A DNA stretch of 64,000 bases from Chiloscyllium plagiosum. Lineage: Eukaryota. The position numbers and the translations under genes were made by a program. The stretch is from the NCBI RefSeq assembly GCF_004010195.1, contig NC_057719.1:45240423-45304422 (forward strand). Direction: 5' to 3'. Below the pieces are notes generated by a model. The model worked only from the letters and a program-made list of their open reading frames with translations, had not been told where the DNA came from and did no database searches. This document shows positions 1 through 12,700 of the stretch, in pieces; position 1 is the first letter of the stretch; the number at the start of each line of letters is the position of its first letter.

Positions 1-183
1 CAAAAAGTGTGGGGCTGGAAAAGCACAGCCAGTCAGGCAGCATCTGAGGAGCAGGTGAGTCGACGCCTCCGGCATCAGGTTTTCATCAGGAATCCTGATG
101 AAGAGCTTATGCTCAAAACATCAACTCTCCTGCTCCTCGGATGCTGCCTGATTGGCTGTGCTTTTCCAGCCCCACACTTTTTG
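1..183. mobile_element. Fold-back (inverted) pair of PLE 3' ends
   Basis: Arms are reverse complements about ttcatcagga-a-tcctgatgaa (axis about 91). Confidence 0.75.
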
Positions 184-447
184 ATCATATGCACACAGGA
201 GGTGGCACATGGTACCTTAGCTGGTTCCATGAAATCCAATGTTTGTAAATTACACCACACTGTGAATCTTCAAATTTTGGTTAGAACTCTCCTGCTCCTC
301 GGATGCTGCCTGATTGGCTGTGCTTTTCCAGCCCCACACTTTTTGATCATATGCACACAGGAGGTGGCACATGGTACCTTAGCTGGTTCCATGAAATCCA
401 ATGTTTGTAAATTACACCACACTGTGAATCTTCAAATTTTGGTTAGA
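124..447. repeat. Exact 162-bp tandem duplication (124-285 and 286-447)
   Basis: Identical DNA; the repeated peptide is visible in ORF 7..465. Confidence 0.9.
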
Positions 448-529
448 TACACAAACCTACTGTAATGTCTTTAAACTCCATGGTTTCACTACAATACTGG
501 TCATTTTGCGTTATGAAGTATTGACTGAC

Positions 530-769
530 CTGGCTGTCCACACTGTGGTTGACTAGTTCCAGGTGGTGTCCTTGTCCCAGGAATTTCCTGTCCCCTTTCA
601 TCCACACACCAGCAGTGGCCTGTACTGCCATGGCACTGCAGAGGCTTGAATTTCCCCTCCTCATCACACTCAGGGATATGGATCCCCACCTGTAATCCAC
701 GCAGGTTCAGCTCTGCTTGCAGTCTCTCTCGGTACTGTTCACAGGCAGTCCTTGGGCGATCAATGCGTT
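530..769 (-). CDS. TY exon 16 (240 nt)
   Basis: [46 protein letters not shown]...; AG/GTCAGT boundaries. Confidence 0.93.
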
Positions 770-3700
770 CTGATCAAGCAAAAAGATTCATATTTTGCAG
801 TAATTTTTTAGTCAAAGTAAAATTCATGCAAATTGGGTCACGGAATGTCTTTCGTTGTCACTGTCAGTCTGTTTATTGCAGAATTATTTTTCCTGAACTG
901 GAATCGGAAGAGTGTGTTTGTGTAGAGGTATTTTACTGAAATGTTATAGATAATTGATGTCGTATGATTTTTAGTTCTTAAACATGTAACTAAAGAAAAT
1001 AAGTCAGATCCTCAACAAGGAGACAGGGAGAATGAGAGCAAGAGAGAAGAACACTAACAAACATCCAAATGTAGAAAAACAAAGACAGACAAAAATGTAT
1101 TGCAGTACTAAATACTGATTTTCCTCTTTGTTTTTCTGTAATTTCTTGGTGGATCTGATTCAATTTAAGTTGTTTCTTCATAAATATATTGTGCATTTCA
1201 TATATTCCAGAATCTTGGAGGGAAACTGTATTACTGTTTCAGTATGACTGCAAAATCTGAGAAAATTGTTAATGAATTTTGGGAGAACAAACTACAAGTG
1301 GATCACCAACAGAAACAAGAGATCGTTAGAAATTAAGAATATAAGGCATACTGAGAAGTAGCTGAGTACAGAAGAGAGATGGGGGCTGTAATCAGAAAAG
1401 ACAAATAGACCTTTAAGATGGAAACTAAAACAGTCAATCTTTTTGTACTATCATTGTTAGAGTTCAACGTCGAACAACAATGACAAACACTGCATGTACA
1501 CAGGAAATAACAGATGTCTATGTTAGATGTTTCCATGATAACCAGCTTCACTGAGATACACCCAGGGTGCTTATCAAAACTTAAAATTTGAGTCATTTAC
1601 AGCGTTAGAGTCGTCTATAGCACAGAAATGATTTATTTAGCTCATCACATTCATGACAGCTTTCCATTGCTCAATCTAGTCAGTTCCTGCTTGATCCCCC
1701 TAGCCCTGGAGGTTTCCTTCTGTAATGTGTCCTTTCATTCTCTTTTTGAAATCAGTAATTGTTTCTTCACGGGCAATCGGTGTTGACACTATGAAAGAAC
1801 TTCATTGGCTGTTATATACTTTCAGCGGGTTCAGTGGTCATGAAAATTATTATTAAATGTACAAGTCTTACCATATTCAGGAAATTACATTAAAGATGCA
1901 TTGAACTCCTCATTTTATTTTGATGAAATATTGGTAACTTCGCTGAATTACAAACACTGACTGACCTGGCTGTCCACACTGTGGCTGTTCAGGTCCAGGT
2001 GGTGTTCTTGTCCCAGGAATTTCCTGTCCCCTTTCATCCACACACCAGCAGTACCCTGTACTGCCATGGCACTGCAGAGGCTTGAAGTTCCCTTCTTCAT
2101 CGCACTCAGGGATATGGACCCCCACCTGTGATCCACGCAGGTTCAGCTCTGCTTGCAGTCTTTCTCGGTACTGTTCACAAGCAGTCCTTGGGCGATCAAT
2201 GTGTTCTAATCAAAGAAAAGGATTCATATTTTGTAGTTGTTATTTTAAAATCATAGAAAAATTAATACAAATTGGGTCATGGATGTCTGTCCTTGTCAAT
2301 CTCAGTCTGTTTCTTGCAGAATTATTTTTTCTGGGCTGAAAATGTAAGAACGTGGTTGTGTAGGGAGACAGAGAGACAGAGAGACAGAGAGAGAGAGAGA
2401 TTTTGTTCTGCCATATTCAGAGCTCAACATTAAACAATAAGGACATACACCACATGTACACAGGAAATGACAAATGACTTCATTAGTTTTTTCATGATAA
2501 CAGTTCACTGAGATACACCCAGGCGCTTATCAAAGCTCAAAATTAGTGTCATTTACAGCGTTAGCGTCATTCACAGCACAGAAATGATCTATCCAGCTCA
2601 TCACATTCATGACAGCTTTCCATTGCTCAACCTCATCAGTTCCTGCTTGACCCCCCTAGCCCTGGAGGTTTCTTTCTGTAATGTGTCCTCTCATTCGCCT
2701 TGTGAAATCAGTAATTGTTTCTTCATGGACAATTGGTGATTACACTTTAAAAGAACTTCATTGGCTGCTAAGCACTTTTAAGCAGGTTCAGTGGTCATGA
2801 AAAGCATTATTAAAAGAACAAGTCTTGCTATATTCAGGAAATTATATTTAAGATCTCTTGAATTTTTTTTTTGGATGCAATATTGGACATTTTGCTTTAT
2901 TACAAACACTGACTGACCTGGCTGTCCACACTGTGGTTGACCAGTTCCAGGTGGTGTCCTCGTCCCAGGAATTTCCTGTCCCCTTTCATCCACACACCAG
3001 CAGTGGCCTGTACTGCCATGGCACTGCAGAGGCGTGAAGTTCCCCTGCTTATCGCACTCAGGGATATGGACCCCCACCTGTGATCCACGCAGGTTCAGTT
3101 CTGCTTGCAGTCTCTCTCGGTACTGTTCACAGGCAGTTCTTGGGCGATCAATGCGTTCTGATCAAAACAAACAGCAACTGATTTGAAACTGTTTCAAAAC
3201 AATGTAAAAATGTCTCAAAGTGAATATTGTAATATCTTTTCTTCTTCACACCGGATGTCACAAGTCTCTTTATAGGAAGAAATTACATCTCAGCCAATAC
3301 ATATGAACATAACGTCTATGTGATAATCTTCATTATCTTCTCAAATGGTTTCACATCTATCACTACCAGGGAGCCACCCGTATACAGCAGAATTCAGATT
3401 TACAACGAGTGCTATGAAGTTTATTACAGCAACAACTCTAGATTTTTATGTAATTGGATCAATGCAGTTTTACAATATTGTTGTGAGGTGCTCTTATTGC
3501 ATCCAATTTTCATTTTTTTTATTGGTTCATGGGCTATGGGAGTCGTTCGCTAGGCCAGCATTTACTGTCCCATCCCTAACGCCCAGAGGGCAGTTCACAT
3601 TGTTACGGGTTTGGAGTCATGCCAGACCAGATATGGACAGTAGTTTCCTTCCCTAAGGAACATTAGTGAACCAGTTGGATTTTTTCTGAGAATCAAAAAT

Positions 3701-6700
3701 GGGTTTTCTGATCATCATTAGACTGTTAATTCCAGATTTTGTATTGAGTTCAGAGTCTACTGTCTGGGAAGTCGAATCTCCAGAACATTCTCTGGATCCC
3801 TGGGATGAAAAATGTAGCAATAATACCATAGGCAATCACTTCCCCTGTAGGAATATACATTTCCAATTCCATTCCAGGAAGAAATCTTTTGTGGAAGAAT
3901 ACAGTTGTAGAGGATGATTTGACTGGAGTATAATAAGAGAAAACTGATGTTTGATTACTTTATGCAGAGATTCAAAAGTTATTGAAACACAGGATTAACA
4001 TGCAGGGGCAGCACATGTTTCGGAAGGTCAATACTGTATTGCACTTTATTAGAATGTCGCACGAAAGAAATCATGCTTATATAAAGCAAACAAAAAGCAG
4101 TATTCACTGGTTTGGTAGCATCTGTGGAGAGAAAGCAGAGTTAATGTTTTGAATCCTGCCACCCTTTGGTGATATTTATGCTGATAACAGGGGGTGATGT
4201 GAAGAAGGGGTGAGCAGATAGACGGGAATGGAGTCTATAGAGAGACAAAGGAAAGAGACAGAGAGAGAAGAGAGAGTGAGAGAGAGAGAGAGAGAGAAAA
4301 GAGAGATTTTCGAGGCCAATTTCTTAAAATTCTGTAGATAATGCAGTAGCCTTGATGTTGGACGTGATTTGTGGATAGTCGGCCAGAGAAGAGAAGCCAG
4401 ACAGGTGATAGGTGGCATTTATGCTGATGGCAGGGAGTGGTGGTGGAGGGGAAAAGGAGTGAGCGGAAGGGTGATAGAAGTTGAAACATTAACTCGTTCT
4501 CTGTCCCAAGATACTGCCACACCTGCTGAGTTTCTCCAGCAATTCCTGTTAATGTTTGTTTCGAACCTCCAGCATTATTCATTTTAGTTTTATATAACAT
4601 TTTGATGGGGCCACTATTGAAATTATGTTTAGAGTTTTACTCTCCTTTACCACGAAGGATATATTTGCTTTGAAGGTGGTGCAATGAAGGTTCTCTGTAT
4701 GAATTTCTGCAATTAGGGAGCTGTCCTTTGAGAGAAATTAAAATTGTTTAGGAGTTTAGAATAATGAGGTGATCTTGTTGAGCCATACAAAGTTTTAAAA
4801 AAAAATCTTCACAGGTAAATGTTAAAGACTATATCCTGAGACTTGGTAAGTCAGTATTTAGAATCATAGCTGAAAATGTGTTGCTGGAAAAGCGCAGCAG
4901 GTCAGGCAGCATCCAAGAAGCAGGAGAATCGACGTTTAGGCATTAGCCCCTTCTTCAGGAATGAGGAAAGTGTGCCAAGCAGGCTAAGATAAAAGGTAGG
5001 GAGGAGGGACTTGGGGGAGGGGCGTTGGAAATGCGATAGGTGGAAGGAGGTTAAGGTGAGAGGGAGGAAGAGATGTTTCGTCACCCTATTAGGTAACATC
5101 TTCAGTGGGCCTCAGGCGAAGCATTGCTGAAAATGACATCACCAACCCAAAGAAGCCCAAGAATATAAATAGAAAGCAGAAAATGAACCTTCCAGCTCAG
5201 TGAGCAAACCTACGTCCACTTACACGGTACCCAGGAAAGACCTAAAGACAGAGCTAAGATGAGCAAGGAGGGGACATAAGAAGTTGTTGATGGATAGGAT
5301 CAGGGAAAACCCTAAAGCTTTCTATTGGTATATAAGGGATAAAACAATGACTAGAATAAGATTAGGGCCAGTCAAGGACAGTAGTAAGAAGTTGTACGTG
5401 GATTCAGAGGAGAAAGGGGAAGCACTAATTGAATATTTTTCGTCAGTACTCACACTGGAAAAAGACAATGTTGTCGAGGAGAATACTGAGAAACAGGCTA
5501 CTAGACAAGATAGGATTGACGTTCACAAGGAGGAGGTATCAGAAATTCTGGAAAGTGTGAAAATAGATAAATCCCCTTGGCTGGATGGGATTTATCCTAG
5601 GATTCTCTGGGAAGCCAGGGAGGAGATTGCCGAGCCTTTGACTTTGATCATGATGTAAAAACAATGAATGCAGATGCTGGAAACCAGATTCTGGATTAGT
5701 GGTGCTGGAAGAGCACAGCAGTTCAGGCAGCATCCAAGGAGCTTCGAAATCGACGTTTTGGGCAAAAGCCCTTCATGAAAAGCCCTTTCTGATGAATGGC
5801 TTTTGCCCGAAACGTCGATTTCGAAGCTCCTTGGATGCTGCCTGAACTGCTGTGCTCTTCCAGCACCACTAATCCAGAATCTGGTTTCCAGCATCTGCAT
5901 TCATTGTTTTTACATCATGATCAAAGTCAAAGGCTCGGCAATCTCCTCCCTGGCTTCCCAGAGAATCCTAGGATAAATCCCATCCAGCCAAGGGGATTTA
6001 TCTATTTTCACACTTTCCAGAATTTCTGATACCTCCTCCTTGTGAACGTCAATCCTATCTTGTCTAGTAGCCTGTTTCTCAGTATTCTCCTCGACAACAT
6101 TGTCTTTTTCCAGTGTGAGTACTGACGAAAAATATTCAATTAGTGCTTCCCCTTTCTCCTCTGAATCCACGTACAACTTCTTACTACTGTCCTTGACTGG
6201 CCCTAATCTTATTCTAAGCGAAAATCATGGAGGAGGTGGAGGGTGTGGGTGGTGTCCTGAACGTATGTGGAGAGTTATTGGACTAAGGGGGCCAGGACTG
6301 TGTCGAGGTATGCAGAGATGAGTTCGGTGGGGCAGGAGCAGGCTGAGACAATGGGTCGGCCGGGGCAGTCAGGTTTGTGGATTTTGGGCAGGAGGTAGAA
6401 ACAGGCAGTGCGGGGTTGTGGGACTATGAGGTTGGAGGCGGTGGATGGGAGATCCCCTGAGGTGATGAGGTTATGGATGGTCTGAGAGATGATGGTTTGG
6501 CGGTGGGAGGTGGGGTCATGGTCAAGGGGGAAGTAGAAGGAGGTGTTTAGCCTCAGTGGTGTAAAGATCGGTGCGCCAAACTTAGAATCATAGCAGCAGG
6601 TTAAGGAATTGGATACTAACAAGTGAGATGAGAAGAAAGTTCTTCACTCACAGAGATACTTATCTTCAGAATTCCCTTCTCCACAGGGCTGTGAATGCCC

Positions 6701-9700
6701 ACTCATGGATATGTTCAAGGTTGAAATCAATAGAATTTTGTGTGTTGTGAAACAAGAAATTAGGGTAAAGGGCACGAAAATGGAGTTAATGTAGCAATAC
6801 CATATAACCTTCTTCTGCTACAATTCCTTATGTTCATATGTTCTTACAATTGTTATAGTAAGCAGTTAAAAAGTTATTTTAAATAGGTAATTTCTCTCTC
6901 TAAGCATTCAGCATTTAATTATCTGATTATTGCCGAAAAGAGAGATGTGTTGCCAAAGCTTCTCATCAAGACAAATACAAGAATGCCAAAAGTTCAAATG
7001 ATCGTTACAAGAGAGAAAAAGTTGTGAATTGGTTGGCAGGTTTATTCTGTTTTCCCCATCACAATACCTTGTAATCAACAGACTAATAAAAGCTCACCAA
7101 CATCCTGGGTAATTGATAAAAGTGGAACATTTCAACATATTCCTTCTTGTTTACAAAGAATGCGTTACTATGAACGTAACATGGGTAACTGCATGTTTAC
7201 GTATCTTATTTGTTACCGTCACTACATTTAGACTCAGGATTGTTCAGCAAGCACTGCCCAATCATGGAATCTCATCTAATGGTACACATTTCATCTTAAG
7301 TTTTGCAGTTGTGTGGTGGATCAATATGATCTATCCTTTGCCAATTATGAACAACTGAAGGAACACGTTTGATTCAATCAGACCAATCAGTAGGACATAC
7401 GGCCCACATAGCTGACATCATATGGGCAATAATATTATAAGATACAAAAACAAAAATTGCTGGAAAAGCTCAGCAAGTCTGGCAGCATCTGTGAAGAGAA
7501 ATCAAAGTTAATGTTTCACGTCTGGTGACCCTTTTTCAGAACAAGATGTTTTTCAACTGTGAGCTAGACAAAACCTTTTTTCTACTGATAGTAGCACACT
7601 GAAATACCATTGATATAACCAGTGCATAGCAGCAGCATGAAACAACTTCCGTAAACTATTGTTCAAATTTTTAAGTTACTTTGAAATCAAGGAAAATTGA
7701 AGCAGACTGGGCACTTTTTGGGTCCAGAGACTTTCACCATTTTGTAAGATTTTGCCTCAAGCCATACACACTTTGGAAGTAAACAAGAGATTACTATCTT
7801 TGAGGACATACTTCTTAAACTACATCCCTAAATCCTGAAAAATCTGACCAGACATCTCTAATATTTGCAATCTTGTATGTCACTGCTACTAAAATGCATT
7901 ATAAGCCAGGGCTCAATTTCTACCCGGAAAAACATTCTGCACCCTAGCATCAGGAAATACCACACCATGGGGGACACATGGTGACAGTTATTGAAATATC
8001 TGCCCTGACTATCGAATTTCCTATATAACGCCATTTAAGATCAAAGATGGACTCTCTTTCAGTTATATAATTTTTTTCTTATTTTTAAACTATTCATAAT
8101 GATGCCGGAGCATGGTGACAGTCGAAGCTTTTCACTGTTTTTTTTCCCTTCATTACAAGTGACAATAATTAGTTCAATTCAATTCAATTTAATGCCCGTC
8201 AAGCTCAGGAATCCTAACCTTCAGCTAAAGCACCTGAAGACACTTCCTACTTTCAGTAACAAATTAAAGACTCCTTGAACATATCATATTTTTGGTGCCA
8301 TATTGGTCATTTTGCTTCATTAAAAAAAACACTGACTGACCTGGCTGTCCACACTGTGGTTGACCAGTTCCAGGGGGTGTCCTCGTCCCAGGAATTTCCT
8401 GTCCCCTTTCATCCACACACCAGCAATGGCCTGTACTGCCATGGCATTGCAGGGGCTTGAAGTTCCCCTCCTCATCACACTCAGGGATATAGGCACCAAC
8501 CAGAGCTGGAGATCCACGCAAGTTCAGCTCTGCTTGCAGTCTCTCTCGCTGCTGTTCACAAACAGTCTTTGTGCGTTCAATGGGTTCTAATCAAACAAAA
8601 CTGATTTGGAATAATTGCAAAGTATTTGAAAATTGACATTATAACAAATTTCCTCTGCACACCGTATGTCATCAGCTTCTTTATAGGAATGAAATTATAC
8701 CTGATCCAATTTATATTAATATAATTCACGTGCCTTAACCATAATTATCAACCCAAATCATTTCCACCAGGGATTCACCTCTCCATAGAAGAAATCAGAA
8801 TTACAATAAGTGTTAATGTTTAATGAGGTTTATAGTAGAGAAAGCCCTCCATTTTGTGTCTGTTCTTTTATGGCCACTGTTATGAGTAACTGTTCTGGCA
8901 CTACTTATCTTGTACAGGCATTCTTCCTGATTTGGAATTATAAAGAATGTTCTTTCAAAGAATGCGATTGTGAGAGTTTTTTTGGAACATAATAGGAGAG
9001 AACATTGATGCCAGATTATTTAATACAAAAAGATTTAGAAGTCCTTGTAGATGATTCATCAGGAGTTAATGTGCAGGGACAGCACATTTTTTGGAAGTTC
9101 AGTGGTCAGTTACTTATTATTAGATCATTGGAGAAGAGAACAGAAAATCACACTTTCATAAGGCTTTGGTGAAATCACAGTTGAAATATTGTCTAAAGTT
9201 TTACTCTCATATGAAATTGGAGCAAAAATAGACCATTTAAAGAGATCATGCCTGATCTCCTTCTTCTTTTTCCTGCACAAACCCTAATAATCCTTGATAT
9301 GTGTAGGCAAAAATGAGGACTGCAGTTTGTGGAGATTAGAGTCAAGAGTGTGGTGCTGGAAAAGCACAGCACATCAGGCAGCATCTAAGGAGCAGGAGAA
9401 TCAAAAATATGGAACACTTCACAAATTTGCGTGTCATCTTTGTTCAGGAGCCATGCTAATCTTCTCTGTTTCGTTCCAATTTTAATGTGTAGTTCAATCA
9501 ATCAGTTTTGAACAAATTTAATGACTGAGCCTCCACTGCTCTCTGGAATACAGAATTCCAAAATTTCTTTTAATTGAAGAAATTACTCATCTCAATCTTA
9601 AACTGTCTACCCCTTATTTTGGCAAATTGTCCCTCGGTTCTAGTTCCCCTTTCAAGGTAAATATGGTTCCTGCATCTATGATGTCAAACGCATCAAGAAT

Positions 9701-12700
9701 GTTGTTAAAATGAGATCATCTCTCGTTCTTCTAAACTTCAGAGAAGATAGGCCAGTCTATTTAATCTTCCCTCATAAGGTGGTCCCTCTATCCCAGCAAG
9801 TAGCTTGATGAATCCTTGTTCCACTTTCCCAATGGCAGTAGATCTTTTCTCTTGTAAGATGAAAACTGCACACAATCCATTAGTAGAGGTTTCACCAAGG
9901 CTTTAGAATATTTCAGTAAGATGCCTTTAATCCTATACTCGACACAAGTGGGTTCAAGTCAACATTGCATTTGCTTCTTAAATTGCTTACTATATCTGCA
10001 TGGGTATCCTTGTTCAATGACTCATGAGCAAGTCTCCTTGGAAGTGAACACTCAGCCTCTCACCATTTAAGAAATACTATGTTCTTGTCTTTGACCTAGC
10101 AAAGTGGAGTATCTCACATTTCTCTCCATTGTATTCCGTCTGCCTAATTTTTGCATACTCTTCTAACCCCTTCAAATCTCCGTGCAGTGTTTTTGCATCC
10201 TCCTCACAACTTACTTTTCCACCTGATTTTGTGTCATTTGTAAACTCCGAAATATTACATTAAATCCTCACATCCAAACCATGGTTATATACTGGGAACA
10301 GTTGGGAGATTGCAGTACTCACCCCATCAATCAACCTGAAAACGGCCCATTCTGACTCTTTTGTTTCTGTCTTTTAACAAATTCTGAATCCATGCCAGTA
10401 CGTTCCCACAAATGCATGTTTGTTTACTAACTTTTCATGTCAGACCTTACCAAGATCTGCTGAAAATTTAAATATACCATATTCACTGGTTCCTTCTTAT
10501 CTACTATGTTGGTTACATTCTCAAGAAACTTCAACAAGTTTGTTCAACTTGATTTCCCTTTCATGAATCCATAAAAATATAGAAACATAGAAACTAGGAG
10601 CAGGAATAGGCCATTAGGCCATTCATGCATACTTTGCCATTCAATATGATCCTGGCTGATCCTTAATCTCAATGCCATATTCCCACTTTTTTCCAATTAT
10701 GCTTAATGCTTAAGTATCGTGTTATTACATCTTACATTATAGATTCTAACATTTTCTCTATGGCTGATGTTAGCCTAACAAGTATGTTGTTCCCCATTTT
10801 CACTCTGCCTTCTTTCTTAAATAATGGGGTATAATTTTGCAGTTTCCATTCAGCACGACCCATTTCAGAGTCTACAGGATTTTGAAAAGTGGCCAATGCA
10901 TCTGTATTTACATCTGAGATGTAGATCACCAGATCCAAAATATTATTATTAATAATAATCCTGTTAATTTTTTTGTAACAAATATTTATATTTTGCTATT
11001 CGCTGTTTACCTTTTCCCTAGGCTGTCTTTTAGTTCTGGAAGATTTTTAAGTATTTAGTTAGTTTTTCTGCCATTTCTTTATTCCTTGTTGCAATTTTAA
11101 AAATTCTACTTGCAATTGTGCACATTTCCAGCACCACACTCTTCAACTCTGATCTCCAGCATCTGCAGTCCTCACTTTCTCCTATATTTTCTTTTGCTGA
11201 ATGCTTTCCTTTTTTACATAACTTTAGAAGCTTGTATAATTTGTTTCAATATTTCTCGCTAGTTTCTTCTCCTGTTTTATTTTGTTTTACAACTTACTTT
11301 TCTACCTATCTTTCTGTCATCAGCAAATTTGGGGCAACCATACTCACAGTTTGTACAGCCAACTCATTTAGGAACATAGGAACAAGAGCCCAGTTAGCCT
11401 GCTCTGCCATTAAATATGGTCATGGCTGATTGAACACTTCCATGTCATCAACCCTTGCCATCCCCATACCTCTTTACACCTCTGGTAGTCAGAAGTCTAT
11501 CCATGCACTATTTTAAAAATACTCAAAAACTGAGCTTCCACAGCAGAGAATTCCAAAGATACAATACCTTGTGAGTGAAAAACAACTCATCAAATCAGTC
11601 CTAAATGGCATCCCCCTGACTTTTAATTATGCCCCTTGATTCTGGATTCCCCAACCAGGGGATACATCTTCCCTGCATTTATATAAATTGTTAAAAGTTG
11701 AGGCTCCAAAACTGATCCCTGAGCATGCCACTTGTTATATCGTGCCAACAAGAAAATGACATATTTATGATTATTCTCCATTTCCTTTAATTTTGCAAAT
11801 CTATCTATGTTACTCCCTACACAATGAACCTTTATTTTCCACAATAACCTTTAATGTGGCATTTCATCAGATAACTTTTCGATATCCAAATACAGTGCAC
11901 CCACAAGTTTCCCTTTATCTAGATGGCGCTTCCTCAAATAACTCAAATAAATTAGTTAAACATGACTTCCTTTTCACAAAACCATGATGGCTCTGCTCAA
12001 TGAGCTTGACCTTATATTATCATGGGTTTCCTTGTAGTCATGTCTATGTAATGGCTATCAGAACATACATATGATTTTCTTCCTGAACTGATAATTCATC
12101 TGTTTTATTATGAATGCTGTGGGCATTTGTTTTTGTAAACGTTGATCCTATTAGCAGGCACAAACATACATTTGCATTCACTGTACCATTCTGACAAAAA
12201 CTGTTTGCATTTGGAGTAACCTAACAATTTATATCTTTGTTTACCTATTGTTTACTTCATCTCTAACACTTGAAATTCTGACCATATGTCTTCAATAACT
12301 GCCCTCTCTGTATTACTGCTAGCAATGTGTGACACAAGTCTGGCCCACTCCATATCCTTCAGAACATTCTGCACTTGATCCATTCTGACATTTACTCTAA
12401 CATCAGGGAAATAACATACCATATGGTGTCATGACGATGGTTACAGAAATGCCCGAGTGTGCCCCTGACCAAGGAGTTTCCTATAGTAAATCAATTTCTG
12501 CTCTTTACTGTTTCCTTCCACGTGTCACTTGCCATGGCCTGGACTGCACTCTGCCTGGGGAGTGTCCTTCCCAATAGTCTCCAATGCTGAGAACTTTGAG
12601 AGTGGCACACACCCAGAAGACTCCTGCACTTTCTGTCTCTTCCTTCTCATCTGCATGACCACCATCTACAATTCTGAACTATCACTGCCGAAGGGGAAGC

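Larger units (their letters stand above)
4871..6581 (-). mobile_element. Composite PLE-type insertion (PLE 3' end, second PLE-family fragment, palindromic CR1/PLE block, PLE RT fragment) inside an older CR1 remnant
   Basis: 13-bp TSD TTAGAATCATAGC at 4858-4870 and 6582-6594. The host CR1-like sequence resumes after the second copy. Confidence 0.75.

Noticed and set aside
7..465. 152-aa ORF with an internal repeat
   Set aside because: It is produced by the PLE hairpin plus the 162-bp duplication.
9403..9484. Functional U6 gene
   Set aside because: 5'-truncated, 7 substitutions, flanked by a TSD and fused to a retroelement tail.
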